This document shows positions 17,013 to 27,681 of a stretch of 64,000 nucleotides of DNA, piece after piece. Below the pieces are notes generated by a model, which had not been told where the DNA came from, ran no database searches, and saw only the letters and a list, made by a program, of their open reading frames with translations. Within the stretch, counting starts at the first letter, position 1. The number at the start of each line of letters is the position of its first letter. The position numbers were made by a program, and so were the translations under genes. The stretch comes from Alphaproteobacteria bacterium (lineage in GTDB: Bacteria; Pseudomonadota; Alphaproteobacteria; RF32; CAG-239): positions 73,879-137,878 of the forward strand of contig JAFSWL010000022.1 of NCBI GenBank assembly GCA_017444525.1, read 5' to 3'.

Positions 17013-18263
17013 CTATTTAATGAGTCCAAATTTTTTCTTACCCTGAGCGATTTTAACCGCACCATCAACCATATCGGCGACGGTAATAACGTAGTTCTCA
17101 TCGCTCACCGGTTTGCCATTAATCTTCAATCCGGCCTGCTTAATCAGACGACGCGCTTCGCCTTTACTCTCCACAAAACCGATTTGCAAAAACGCATCCA
17201 AAACCCCGATACCGGCATTTAAGTCGGCATTAAGCGTCGGCAGATCATCACCGGCCGTGCCTTGTTCAAAAGTTTTGATCGCCGTTTCCTGCGCCGATTT
17301 GGCTTCTTCTTCGCCGCGACAAATTTTGGTAGCTTCAAAGGCCAAAATCTTTTTGGCTTCGTTGATTTCCTTATCCTGTAATTTTTCCAAACGATAAACT
17401 TCATCCATCGGCAAATCGGTGTATATTCTCAAGCATTTTCCGACTTCGGCATCGCCGATGTTGCGGAAATATTGATAGTAGTCGTACGACGGCAGTTTAT
17501 CTTCATTAATCCATACGGCATTGCCCTCGGATTTGCCCATTTTTTTGCCGGCCGAATCGGTAATAATCGGGCTGGTGAAGCCAAATAATTCGGTATCGTA
17601 ACGACGGCGGCCGAGTTCGGTTCCTGAGGTTATGTTGCCCCATTGGTCAGCACCGGCAATCTGTGCACGGCAACCATATTTTTGCAACAGCACACAAAAA
17701 TCATAGCCTTGCAAAAGCATATAGTTAAATTCCAGAAAAGACATCGGCTGTTCGCGTTCCAAACGACTTTTCACACTATCCATGGTAAGCATACGGTTTA
17801 CCGAATAGCAAGTACCGATATCGCGCAAAAATTCAAGATAATTAACGTTTTTGAACCAATCCCAATTGTCAACCATCAAAGCATCAGTCGGGCCATCACC
17901 GAATTTCAAAAACTTGGAAAACGACTTTTTAAGCCCCTGTGCATTGTGTGCCAAAGTAGCTTCATCCAAAAACGGGCGCAACTTATCTTTGCCAGATGGA
18001 TCGCCGATACGCGCGGTTGCGCCACCCACCAATGTCAGAGGTTTATGCCCGCATTTTTGAAACCAGCGCAACATCATCAGCGGCACAATATGCCCCACAT
18101 GCAAACTATCGCCTGTCGGATCGGAACCTAAATATCCCACTGCCGGTTTGCCTGTCTTTTCGCACTCATAAAGGTAGATATCAAACCCCTCTTCATTGGT
18201 GCATTGATTATAAAAACCGCGCTCCTGCATAATATTCAAAAATTCCGATTTAAATTTTGTCAT
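17013..18263 (-). CDS. tyrS: tyrosine--tRNA ligase
   Basis: It has a class I HIGH motif HVGH and a KMSKS motif KMGKS, plus a C-terminal S4-like domain. Confidence 0.9.
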   Translation of the reverse strand: MTKFKSEFLNIMQERGFYNQCTNEEGFDIYLYECEKTGKPAVGYLGSDPTGDSLHVGHIVPLMMLRWFQKCGHKPLTLVGGATARIGDPSGKDKLRPFLDEATLAHNAQGLKKSFSKFLKFGDGPTDALMVDNWDWFKNVNYLEFLRDIGTCYSVNRMLTMDSVKSRLEREQPMSFLEFNYMLLQGYDFCVLLQKYGCRAQIAGADQWGNITSGTELGRRRYDTELFGFTSPIITDSAGKKMGKSEGNAVWINEDKLPSYDYYQYFRNIGDAEVGKCLRIYTDLPMDEVYRLEKLQDKEINEAKKILAFEATKICRGEEEAKSAQETAIKTFEQGTAGDDLPTLNADLNAGIGVLDAFLQIGFVESKGEARRLIKQAGLKINGKPVSDENYVITVADMVDGAVKIAQGKKKFGLIK

Positions 18264-18350
18264 GGGTTATCCTCTGTCCTTTCGTATTTATACCAATTTT
18301 TAACGTATACTAGCATATTATTTTACCATTGCAACAGGATTTAATTTTTA

Positions 18351-19454
18351 ATGATAATAAAAAGTTTAAACGCACTCGGTGTTTACGGCAATGCCTCATT
18401 GAATACGGCGGATTTGGCACTTATTGCCACCGACGGTGTCGATGTACAGCAATTTATAAAAACACAAACAGTACATTATCCGGAAGAATTATGTATAAAA
18501 ATCAGAGAGATTGCAGCGCATCGCAGTTGGAATTATAGCGAGCTCAAATGCAATCCTGAAGTGCAGAAAATACGAGAAAACATAAGTCTGTTTTATGCTG
18601 CTTGCATAAAAGATTTCGCAGATGATATCAAAGTCGATTGCTGCGGTGTTGACGGGTTGACAATCTTCAGTAATCCCGACGAAAAGTGTTCGTATCAGCT
18701 GGAAGACGGGCATATTTTAGCGAATAATTCCGAGTACGAGATTATCACACATTTTCATAGAGCGGATTTGCTTTCCGGAGGACAGGCATCTCCGTTATAT
18801 CCGGCTTTTATCAACTGTTTGGGACAAATGATAGAAAAGCCGGCACTATTTATTACGGTAGATACGGTTGCCAGTCTGGTTTATCTCGGTCAATCCGGTG
18901 AAATTGCGGCTTTTGACTGTGCACCGGCAACCGCTATGATAGAAGACTGGTGCTTCCGCCATGCCAATATGCAAACAGATTATAAAGGCAAGTTGGCTAT
19001 TACCGGCAAAGCTGATACGCAGATTATGGAATTGCTGCTTAAACATAAATTGCTGAAAAAAATGCCGCCGAAAGCACTCGATATTATGTGTTTTGCCGAT
19101 AAAAAAGAACATCTGGAGGGATTATCGCTTGAAGACGGTGCCGCCACCGCTACTGCATTTATTGCCGAAGCAATTTATCAGGCGGCTTTTGATTTTCTGC
19201 CAAACATTCCATCAAATATTTATATCTGCGGCGAAGGGTGTAAAAATCCTACCTTATTGCGTTTTATCAAACAGAATTTTGCCCCGCGGCAGGTTCTTCC
19301 GATTACTGAACTGAATGAAAACTTAACGGCTGCCGGCGCGCAATCTACAGCTTTTAATGCCGTGCGACGTCTATACGGACTGTCTTTAACTTACCCTACA
19401 ACAACCGGCGTAATTGAGCCGATGAGCGGAGGAGAAATTTATGAAAAAATCTGA
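18351..19454 (+). CDS. anmK: anhydro-N-acetylmuramic acid kinase
   Basis: Its length is typical of the family and it has the C-terminal ICGEGCKNPTLL motif of the AnmK family. Confidence 0.65.
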   Translation: MIIKSLNALGVYGNASLNTADLALIATDGVDVQQFIKTQTVHYPEELCIKIREIAAHRSWNYSELKCNPEVQKIRENISLFYAACIKDFADDIKVDCCGVDGLTIFSNPDEKCSYQLEDGHILANNSEYEIITHFHRADLLSGGQASPLYPAFINCLGQMIEKPALFITVDTVASLVYLGQSGEIAAFDCAPATAMIEDWCFRHANMQTDYKGKLAITGKADTQIMELLLKHKLLKKMPPKALDIMCFADKKEHLEGLSLEDGAATATAFIAEAIYQAAFDFLPNIPSNIYICGEGCKNPTLLRFIKQNFAPRQVLPITELNENLTAAGAQSTAFNAVRRLYGLSLTYPTTTGVIEPMSGGEIYEKI

Positions 19455-20178
19455 AAAATCAACCATCATTGTTAAAGATTTATGCAAAAATTACGGTAAT
19501 ATTCATGCCTCGGATAAATTGAATCTTAAGGCTCAGACCGGCGATATTATTGCCCTATTGGGACCTAATGGTGCCGGTAAATCGACTCTAATGAACATGA
19601 TAGCGGGCTATTTGGCTCCGACTTCGGGTACAATTGAGATTTTAGGCAAGGATATCAGGCAATTTTCGATTTTTGCCAAAGCCCATATCGGTTTTTTGCC
19701 GGAAGGAGCCCCACTTTATGCCGATATATCGGTCAAACGCTTTCTCTGTTATATGGCGGAGTTACGCGGTCTCGATAAAGATGCGGTACTCACTGCGGCT
19801 AAGACGGCAAATATAGTCAATGTTATGTCGCAAAAAATAGAAACATTGTCCAAAGGCTATCAGCGCCGCGTAGGATTTGCTCAAAGCATCTTAAGCAACC
19901 CGCCGATTTTGCTTTTAGATGAACCTACCGACGGACTTGATCCAAACCAAAAAGATTATATCCGCTCCCTTATCAAAAAAATGGCTAAGGATAAAACCAT
20001 AATCATTTCCACTCATCTGCTGGAAGAAGCAGAGTCCGTATGCAACCGCATAATCGTTTTGGACAAGGGCAAAATCAAATCAGACGGTACTCTCGACGAT
20101 TTATTAAAGCAAACAAAAACTCGTTCTATTGCTGATGCCTTCCGTAAATTAACTCACAAGGAGAACCATGATGCTTAG
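19441..20178 (+). CDS. ABC transporter ATP-binding protein
   Basis: Walker A GPNGAGKST, an ABC signature LSKGYQRRVGFAQ and Walker B LLLDEPTDGLD are present. It overlaps both neighbours, which indicates an operon. Confidence 0.85.
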   Translation: MKKSEKSTIIVKDLCKNYGNIHASDKLNLKAQTGDIIALLGPNGAGKSTLMNMIAGYLAPTSGTIEILGKDIRQFSIFAKAHIGFLPEGAPLYADISVKRFLCYMAELRGLDKDAVLTAAKTANIVNVMSQKIETLSKGYQRRVGFAQSILSNPPILLLDEPTDGLDPNQKDYIRSLIKKMAKDKTIIISTHLLEEAESVCNRIIVLDKGKIKSDGTLDDLLKQTKTRSIADAFRKLTHKENHDA

Positions 20179-23100
20179 TAAAATTATGACAGTTACCAAA
20201 AATGAGCTTATCCGTTATTTTGTTTCACCGCTTGCTTATGTTTATTTGTTTTGTTTTGTTTTGTTGAATGCATCTTTTACAACTTATTTCGGTGATTTTT
20301 TCAATCGAGGACAAGCTGATTTGTTAGCAATGTTTGCTTTTATACCATGGCTGTATTTGTTGTTTATTCCTGGTATATCCATGCGCTTGTGGTCAGAAGA
20401 ATTTCGCTCCAAGACCATCGTGCAAATTGCAACAATGCCGATATCAATTACGGCTTTGGTATTGGGCAAATTTTTTGCCGCGTGGATTTTTTGCAGTTTG
20501 GCATTGTTATTCACTTTTCCGTTTTGGATTACGGTTAATGCTCTCGGTGTTCCCGATAATTTTGTAATTTTCATGGGATATTGCGCCGCTTTTATTTTGG
20601 CCGGATGTATGCTGGCAATTTCACAGATTATGTCGGCTCTGACTAAAAATCAGATAATTGCTCTGGTACTTTCGGTTATTGCAAACCTGATGTTCTTTTG
20701 GAGCGGAATGGAATACGTGTTGTCGTTTTTCAGAATGTTTCTGCCGGATTCAATGATTGATGTCGTGGCTTCTTTCAGTTTTATAACACATTTTGACAAG
20801 CTTACTCACGGTTTACTTGAACTGCGTGATATTATTTTCTTTTTATCACTGATCGTATTCGGTAATTATACAACCATACTGATTATTAACTTCAAGACCG
20901 CCGGCACTTCAGGCTGGCTCAAATCAAGCAGCCATATTTATACGGTTTCGGCATGGTTGATGCTGCTGATTGCATTTTTTGGCATTAATATTCTTGCCAA
21001 TAATCTTACAACAAACTTTCAATATGACGGCACCGCCGAAAAAAACTACACCTTAACGCAAAGCACCGTGGATATTTTACAAAACATAAAAGAACCTATT
21101 GTCGCCAGACTGTATTTTTCTCCGATTTTAGGACAACGCAACCCAGATTTACGAGAACAATTCGACAATATACGCATTTTGCTGCATAAATATAAAAGTA
21201 ACAGCAACGGTAAATTTGATTATAAAGTTTATTATCCGGAATTCTTAAGCAAAGAAGAAGATCTTGCCATAGCCGACGGTTTACAATCAATTCCGCTGAT
21301 AGATTTGAATCAGAGCGCCTTATTCGGTATGACTCTTGAGGATAGTTTGCAAAACAAAGAGGTTATCGCATTTTTTGCAACCGATCAGTTCGGTCGTCTG
21401 GAACAGGATATTTCAACCAAAATTCATCAGCTCGGCAAAGTTAAGAAAAATTTAGGAATATTAACAAGTCTGCCGATTTTCGGTAGAAATTCCGATGATC
21501 CAAACATTATGCTGGACGGCGCTTGGGAAATTATAAATATTTTGGATAAAGATTACCGTATTCACCATATTACCGCACCTCAAGATTTTGAAAAATATCA
21601 ATTTGACGCCGTGTTGATTTTTTACCCAAAATTTTTAACCGAAGAAACATTAGAAAAAGTTAAAATCTATGCCAATCAGGGAGGAAAAATTGTTTTGGTG
21701 CTTGATCCGGCAAACGAAGCCTCACGATTATATGCTCCGATTCAACAGTTTCTTTCCGCATCGCACTCCGACTTTTTTGAAAAAATATGGAATTTTAAGT
21801 TTTACAAAGATTTTGTGGTCGCAGATTTGCAAAATTCAATTACGGTTGATGCTACGACGGATTATACTCAAAATCCTGTATTTTCCCAAGACGTAATCCA
21901 ATTCCGCCTGCATCGGGACTCCATGAATCCAAAACACCCGATTACTAAAAATCTGCAAGAGGTTATGTTGGCTTCCGCTTCGGCAATTATGCCTGATTTA
22001 CAAAAATACAAAGACGGGAAAATTGCCTTTTATCCGTTGCTCAAAGCCGGAGATATCTCGGCAATGGTATCATCAAGTGTTGTTATAGACGGCTTGAATC
22101 CGCAGGAAGTACTGAAAGATTTTCAGCCTGATAATAACAATAAATTTATGGCAGCGGAAATTATCGGTCTGGAGCCGGATAATCCCTATGACGTGGTTGT
22201 TTTTACCGATTCCGATTTTTTGTACGACAGATTTTGGATGGATAAAATATATTTGCTTGACAGCGAATATGTTACATCTGTGTTTGATAATGCCAATATC
22301 TTGCTCAATGCTCTTGACTATCTGACCGGAGATAAATCACTTATCGGTCTTCGCGGCAAACGTGTTCCGGCGCGAAGATTCGAAGATATTGAGCTGATTC
22401 GGCGCTTGGATTCATTGCAATACAAACAGCAAGAAGAAAAAATTTTCGAGCAAATTGACGCAGCCAAAAAAGCTATTCAGGAAGTTTGGGGCAAAAAAGA
22501 ATTTGAAGGGCGTGATAATTTCACGGCCGACGAGATGGCTGCCATCTCCAAAATAAGAAACCAGCTTAATGACTATAAAAAACAGTTGAGCGAAGCACGT
22601 ACCAGAGCTTATGAGAGTATCCGTACCGTGGCGGCCCGTGTCAATTTTATCAATATCTGGCTATTGCCTTCAATCGGCGGTATTATTTTGCTATTGTTTT
22701 TGATTGTTCGTTTGCTGCAACACAAATCAGCTTATTCATTTACTCTTAAGATTAATCGGCAATTACTGATTTTGAGCGGTATCTGCCTGCTGATTTTTGC
22801 AGGGGCATTGCTTTCAATTTATGCGGTTAATCGCAGCAGTATAGATGCTTATGAAAATAAACAGGTATTTCCGGAACTGTCAAAAAATTTGAATAACGTA
22901 AACCATATTGTGCTAAAAACGAACAAAACCGAATTGAGTTTTCGTTATGATAACGGTGCTTGGACACTCGATAGCATGCCTGATTTACCGGTATATCAGG
23001 AACGTATTCGCCGTTTATTGACCACACTTGCCGATGCACGCTATTTTGCACGTAAAAGCAATAAGGCGGAAAATCTGGCACTTTTCAATCTGTTGCCGCT

Positions 23101-23647
23101 TGAAGATGAAAACTCCGGTGTTATTTCCGTAAATCTGCAAAACGGTGATGACTTGATTCTCAGTTTTTTGCTCGGAGATATCAATATTGATATCGGGCGC
23201 AGTGCTAAAGCTGCATATATGCGTTTTGACAATCAATTTCAGGTTTGGGAAATAAGTGCCGATTTTGTAGATATGGATTTGGATTGGCATAAATGGACTT
23301 ATTCCAATGTGTGGGATTTGCGTTATGGCAGGCCTTATGATCGTAGCCAAAATCCGGAAGATGATATGTATTTAACCGATTTAATGAAGGTTTTGCTCAA
23401 TGTGCCGTTTATTGAAATAACCGATAAGCCAACCACAACACCGCAAAAAACTCTGCATTTAGATATCGAAGGCGGAAATTATGCTGATATTGAATTTTAT
23501 AAAACATCTGATAAATCTTATGTGGCTTATCGCCTTGATAAAAATAATCCGAACAAGCACTTGAAACTGTTGGCGCAATTTTTAGGTAATAAAGCTGCGG
23601 TAATTGATAATGATAAAATGGAGATGCTTCTTGAAATCATCAAATAA
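20168..23647 (+). CDS. fused ABC-2 family permease, GldG-like auxiliary component and DUF4340-like C-terminal domain (1159 aa)
   Basis: About 250 aa of N-terminal multi-pass membrane sequence are followed by a long soluble region with a late transmembrane segment. It is translationally coupled to the upstream ABC ATPase. Confidence 0.6.
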   Translation: MMLSKIMTVTKNELIRYFVSPLAYVYLFCFVLLNASFTTYFGDFFNRGQADLLAMFAFIPWLYLLFIPGISMRLWSEEFRSKTIVQIATMPISITALVLGKFFAAWIFCSLALLFTFPFWITVNALGVPDNFVIFMGYCAAFILAGCMLAISQIMSALTKNQIIALVLSVIANLMFFWSGMEYVLSFFRMFLPDSMIDVVASFSFITHFDKLTHGLLELRDIIFFLSLIVFGNYTTILIINFKTAGTSGWLKSSSHIYTVSAWLMLLIAFFGINILANNLTTNFQYDGTAEKNYTLTQSTVDILQNIKEPIVARLYFSPILGQRNPDLREQFDNIRILLHKYKSNSNGKFDYKVYYPEFLSKEEDLAIADGLQSIPLIDLNQSALFGMTLEDSLQNKEVIAFFATDQFGRLEQDISTKIHQLGKVKKNLGILTSLPIFGRNSDDPNIMLDGAWEIINILDKDYRIHHITAPQDFEKYQFDAVLIFYPKFLTEETLEKVKIYANQGGKIVLVLDPANEASRLYAPIQQFLSASHSDFFEKIWNFKFYKDFVVADLQNSITVDATTDYTQNPVFSQDVIQFRLHRDSMNPKHPITKNLQEVMLASASAIMPDLQKYKDGKIAFYPLLKAGDISAMVSSSVVIDGLNPQEVLKDFQPDNNNKFMAAEIIGLEPDNPYDVVVFTDSDFLYDRFWMDKIYLLDSEYVTSVFDNANILLNALDYLTGDKSLIGLRGKRVPARRFEDIELIRRLDSLQYKQQEEKIFEQIDAAKKAIQEVWGKKEFEGRDNFTADEMAAISKIRNQLNDYKKQLSEARTRAYESIRTVAARVNFINIWLLPSIGGIILLLFLIVRLLQHKSAYSFTLKINRQLLILSGICLLIFAGALLSIYAVNRSSIDAYENKQVFPELSKNLNNVNHIVLKTNKTELSFRYDNGAWTLDSMPDLPVYQERIRRLLTTLADARYFARKSNKAENLALFNLLPLEDENSGVISVNLQNGDDLILSFLLGDINIDIGRSAKAAYMRFDNQFQVWEISADFVDMDLDWHKWTYSNVWDLRYGRPYDRSQNPEDDMYLTDLMKVLLNVPFIEITDKPTTTPQKTLHLDIEGGNYADIEFYKTSDKSYVAYRLDKNNPNKHLKLLAQFLGNKAAVIDNDKMEMLLEIIK

Positions 23648-24563
23648 AAATTTAAGCGAATCGCAGTATAAGCGTGCAGCGGCAATTGCCAGTGTTACGA
23701 CAGCTTGTTTATTAACCATAATAAAAGCTGCGGCAGCTTTTACAACCGGTTCTCTGTCAATACTTTCTTCAACGGCGGACAGTTTGGCTGATGTACTTTC
23801 TTCCGTTATTACTTTCATGGCCGTAATATATTCGGACAGGCCTTTGACCTGTGATCACCGATATGGCTACGGCAAAGCGGAATCCGTGAGTGCACTCATT
23901 CAGGCGGCTTTTATCAGCGGCTCTGCTTGTTTTATCTTATATGATGCCTTCTATCGTTTTTTTCATCCGGTTATTCTTACACAAACTTTTATCGGTGTGT
24001 GTGTTATGATCGTAAGTTTGTTGATAACCTTACTTTTGATTATGTTTCAAAAATATGTTATTCGGCGCATTCATTCGCAGGCAATTGAGGCCGACAGTTC
24101 TCATTATGTTATAGATTTGGCTGCTAACATTACAGTTTTATTTTCATTATCGGTAGTACACTGGTTAGGCTGGACATGGTTTGATATATTGGCTGCTGTG
24201 CTTGTGTCGTTTTATTTGATTTTTACCGCTTTCAAAATTGCCGAAAAAGCTTTGGCTGAAATTACCGACAAAGAAGTAGATAATTCAATAAAAGCCATAA
24301 TCGTACGTGAGATTCTTAAGATAGACGGAATAAAAGGATATCATGATTTGCGTTCCCGCATTTCCGGCTCCAGATTATTTTTCGAAATTCATTTGGAATT
24401 TGACGGCGAGCTTTCACTGTTAAAAACACACGAAATAGCCGAGCGCGCCGAACATAAAATCGTCCAAATGTATCCGAATGCCCAAGTCATTATCCACCAA
24501 GACCCTTATGGAATTGAAGAAAAACGCATAGACAATGATATTATCGGTCCATGTGCTTTATGA
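23604..24563 (+). CDS. cation diffusion facilitator (CDF) family metal efflux transporter
   Basis: A six-transmembrane core carries the TGSLSILSSTADSLAD motif, followed by a C-terminal cytoplasmic domain. The start is uncertain because the 5' end overlaps the upstream gene. Confidence 0.7.
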   Translation: MIMIKWRCFLKSSNKNLSESQYKRAAAIASVTTACLLTIIKAAAAFTTGSLSILSSTADSLADVLSSVITFMAVIYSDRPLTCDHRYGYGKAESVSALIQAAFISGSACFILYDAFYRFFHPVILTQTFIGVCVMIVSLLITLLLIMFQKYVIRRIHSQAIEADSSHYVIDLAANITVLFSLSVVHWLGWTWFDILAAVLVSFYLIFTAFKIAEKALAEITDKEVDNSIKAIIVREILKIDGIKGYHDLRSRISGSRLFFEIHLEFDGELSLLKTHEIAERAEHKIVQMYPNAQVIIHQDPYGIEEKRIDNDIIGPCAL

Positions 24564-26222
24564 TTTTTTGCGCTTACCATGGCGAAGCGGTATTCTTATT
24601 TTAAACTCCGTACCTTTACCGACGTTGCTTTTTACCGAGATCTTACCATGAACTTTGGAAACTAAGCTGTTGACGATAGCTAATCCCAAACCTGAGCTTT
24701 TAATTTTGCTGTTTGCTGAATAAAAAGGCTCAAAAATACGTTTTAATTTTTGCGGCTCGATTCCAATACCAGTATCGCTAATGGTTATTACGGCATTACT
24801 GCGTTTATTTGCCGCGGTAACAGTAAGTTTACCTCCGTCAGGCATTGCTTTCAATGCGTTCTGAATTAAATTTAAGAGCATCATCTTAAAATCAGTTTCA
24901 TTGCCGCTGAATATTAAACCGTTTTCTATTTCTTGCACACATTCAATACCGTTGCGTTTAGCTTCATAATCAACCATCAGAAGAATATCCTTAACGGCCG
25001 CAGCAACATCTATGGTATCTATTTCTTTATCCGAATATTGCGCAAGTTTCAATAATCTCTCCGGTATTTGAATGACTTCATCCATCTGCTTATAAGCCAT
25101 TTGTAGGTATTTTTTATATTCTGCATTGATTATATCTTTGTTTTCATCTTCACTTAAAACAGCCTCCAAAATCAAGCGAATTGCCCCTAAATTGTTTTTC
25201 ATCTCATGTGCCAAAGAAGTAGAAAGGAATGCCAAAGAAGATACCTTTTGCTGATGTGAAAAACTTACATCACGGCTTAAATCATGTATAGCTTCAATAA
25301 TATAGTATTCATTATTCTTTTTACCGAAATGCAATTTTGCCGCATTGACATACAACGGCATTTTACCAACTTCGTGAATGGCATGAAATACTTCTTCTTT
25401 ATCTTTAGTATATTTTATTGGACAATCATAATGGCTTTGCGGGCAAGTATCACATTTATAACCGTAGGCAATATGGCATTTTTGCCCAATACAGGATTGT
25501 CTCAATTCAAACAATTTATAAAATGCCGCATTGGCTATGACTACGTTATAATTTGTATCTATCACACGAATACCGTCGGGAATGGCATCAATAAGTTGTT
25601 GCAAAAATTTTTCACGCATCTTGGTTTCTTCAATATTATTTTCGATGCTGTCCAACATTTGGTTAAAAGTTTTATAAAGTATATCAAATTCGTCTTGAAA
25701 CAGGCGATGTTTTTGCTCCGGCAAACGGCTCGAGAAAATTCCTGAAGAAACTGCGTTACTGATACTGATAAGTCCGGTTAAAGGATGTATTACCCAGCGG
25801 TTCAGAAATATCAAAATGATCAGAACCAATAATAATACCACCGATAAACCGATTACGACGATTTTAGCTCCGATTATCACGGCTTCTTGATTGCTGCTAT
25901 AATTTTTGCGCAATTCTTCACTTAATTTTTGTTCTTTAGTCAGCTCACGCTGAGCCAAATCAATTTTTTCACCGCTGATATTATAATATTTGTTTTGCAT
26001 CAGGTGCGGACTTCGCTGTGCAATTTCGGAAATAATGCTTTGCATCTGAATATTGTCCATCAGCAACTCAACCACATATTGATTCCGTAAATATACCGAA
26101 TTCCGACTATCTTGCATTTTTTGATTATAAAAGTTTATGAAGATGACAAAAAATACGATTATCAGTAAAACCGTAAAAATTGATAAACTGTATAAAATTT
26201 TTTTATTCAAACTGATAAACAT
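24558..26222 (-). CDS. sensor histidine kinase (two transmembrane segments, a HAMP-like region, a Cys-rich PAS-like domain, and HisKA plus HATPase domains)
   Basis: The H-box is LAHEMKNNL and G-boxes DTGIGI and GLGLAIV are present. A cysteine cluster CIGQKCHIAYGYKCDTCPQSHYDCP lies in the sensor domain. No response regulator gene is adjacent. Confidence 0.8.
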   Translation of the reverse strand: MFISLNKKILYSLSIFTVLLIIVFFVIFINFYNQKMQDSRNSVYLRNQYVVELLMDNIQMQSIISEIAQRSPHLMQNKYYNISGEKIDLAQRELTKEQKLSEELRKNYSSNQEAVIIGAKIVVIGLSVVLLLVLIILIFLNRWVIHPLTGLISISNAVSSGIFSSRLPEQKHRLFQDEFDILYKTFNQMLDSIENNIEETKMREKFLQQLIDAIPDGIRVIDTNYNVVIANAAFYKLFELRQSCIGQKCHIAYGYKCDTCPQSHYDCPIKYTKDKEEVFHAIHEVGKMPLYVNAAKLHFGKKNNEYYIIEAIHDLSRDVSFSHQQKVSSLAFLSTSLAHEMKNNLGAIRLILEAVLSEDENKDIINAEYKKYLQMAYKQMDEVIQIPERLLKLAQYSDKEIDTIDVAAAVKDILLMVDYEAKRNGIECVQEIENGLIFSGNETDFKMMLLNLIQNALKAMPDGGKLTVTAANKRSNAVITISDTGIGIEPQKLKRIFEPFYSANSKIKSSGLGLAIVNSLVSKVHGKISVKSNVGKGTEFKIRIPLRHGKRKKS

Positions 26223-26239
26223 TGTTTATTCCTTGTGTT

Positions 26240-27142
26240 CTATTTTTGCTCATCGGCGATAAAATCAACCAATCGCGGAGACGAATCCGTATATTCCAAT
26301 TTATAGAAAGAAAGCGTGTAATCAATCATACCACTGATGTTTTTTACGTTACTGTCAAACATCATCTGTGCAGCCAAACTTACACCGTTGGGATCTTTTC
26401 CCATTTTCCGCTGATGTAAACGCGTATGGCGAAAATAATCATAATTGATATGAGAATTTATCTTTAAAGCGCGCGCTCTGATACAATCTTCCAGATCGGT
26501 ATATATTTTATATCGGTAATCACCGTCATCGTCATCCTGCGGTTTGCGCCCTTGATTGGTGTACCAAACTTCATCTTTATAAAGAGAATTATCTTCCACA
26601 GCTAATTTTGAAGTTCCCCAATTTGAATAAATTACAGCAGTCGAAATCATAATTGAAGGAGGCACGGAATCTACTTTATTTATCAGCTGCTTTATTAGAA
26701 TTTTCAGTCCTTCAGTGCCTTTCATAGGCGTATAAGCATCGTATGCCACAGCAAGTTTTCGAATATATTCCTCGTCTTGCTTAGAAAGTTGGCCTTCTAT
26801 ATCAAGCTTACCGTAAAGTTCAATAATTTTATTTCTGTCTTGTAATATTTCTTCATTTACTTTTAAGACAAGCGGCAGCAGAATTCGAATAAAAGTACGG
26901 TTTTTAGCTGCATTTTCCGGTGTTAGATTCCAATCGTACGGCAACTTCTTAAAATAAATTTTAGGTATTTCCGCCTGTTGCACTGCATATTCATAGGGGT
27001 AGCGCCGAAAAAAATCTTTGGCTTCATTTGTTGAGGCTTTCTTTATAATCAAAGCGCCATCTTCATATTCTGTGATCATTTCTGCCGAAGCGGTTCCGAT
27101 GATAAAAGGGAAAGAAAGCAAACATACGATTAGTGTTTTCAT
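26240..27142 (-). CDS. secreted protein with a glucosaminidase-like (Bax/FlgJ-type) domain
   Basis: It has a signal peptide and a YSNWGTS motif resembling the glucosaminidase catalytic region. The family assignment is tentative. Confidence 0.4.
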   Translation of the reverse strand: MKTLIVCLLSFPFIIGTASAEMITEYEDGALIIKKASTNEAKDFFRRYPYEYAVQQAEIPKIYFKKLPYDWNLTPENAAKNRTFIRILLPLVLKVNEEILQDRNKIIELYGKLDIEGQLSKQDEEYIRKLAVAYDAYTPMKGTEGLKILIKQLINKVDSVPPSIMISTAVIYSNWGTSKLAVEDNSLYKDEVWYTNQGRKPQDDDDGDYRYKIYTDLEDCIRARALKINSHINYDYFRHTRLHQRKMGKDPNGVSLAAQMMFDSNVKNISGMIDYTLSFYKLEYTDSSPRLVDFIADEQK

Positions 27143-27681
27143 TTTTTCTCCCGTAATTTTATTTCCGTTATCTGCGGCAAGTAGCGCATAAAAGTTTTTG
27201 CAACCACATTATGTAATGTGTTTTGTGCATAAGGGCAACCGGCACAATGCCCGGCAAAAGACATTTCCATTGTTCCGTTATCGATATTGTGAATGATGAT
27301 ATCACCTTTATCGCGCTTTAAGGTGGGACGAATTATGGCATCTGCCAAAGCTTCGGCATAATCTTTTATGGGTAAATTATCAGCCGGACCTGATACGCAA
27401 TAAGGAATGGTAAAATAGTCATCAATTTCCGCCATAATCAGCATCTTGAAAGTTTCAATATCCGTTGCGGTATGCTTTACGGAAATTAAATCTGCTGTCA
27501 GCAAAATCCGCATTGCCGCATCCAGTTCCAAAATATTACGACACAATGCGGCAGACGGTATAATATTTTTGTTTGCCACTAAAATTCTACCATCAACATC
27601 AATTGTCTGCTGCGGATAGAAATTTATGATATCACTAAGTTCTTCTACTTTAATCTGCATTTGTTTCTTCCGATAATCCAA
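27139..27681 (-). CDS. Nfu/NifU-like Fe-S cluster assembly protein
   Basis: The C-terminal NifU motif GHCAGCPYA follows an Nfu_N-like domain. Confidence 0.6.
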   Translation of the reverse strand: MDYRKKQMQIKVEELSDIINFYPQQTIDVDGRILVANKNIIPSAALCRNILELDAAMRILLTADLISVKHTATDIETFKMLIMAEIDDYFTIPYCVSGPADNLPIKDYAEALADAIIRPTLKRDKGDIIIHNIDNGTMEMSFAGHCAGCPYAQNTLHNVVAKTFMRYLPQITEIKLREKK

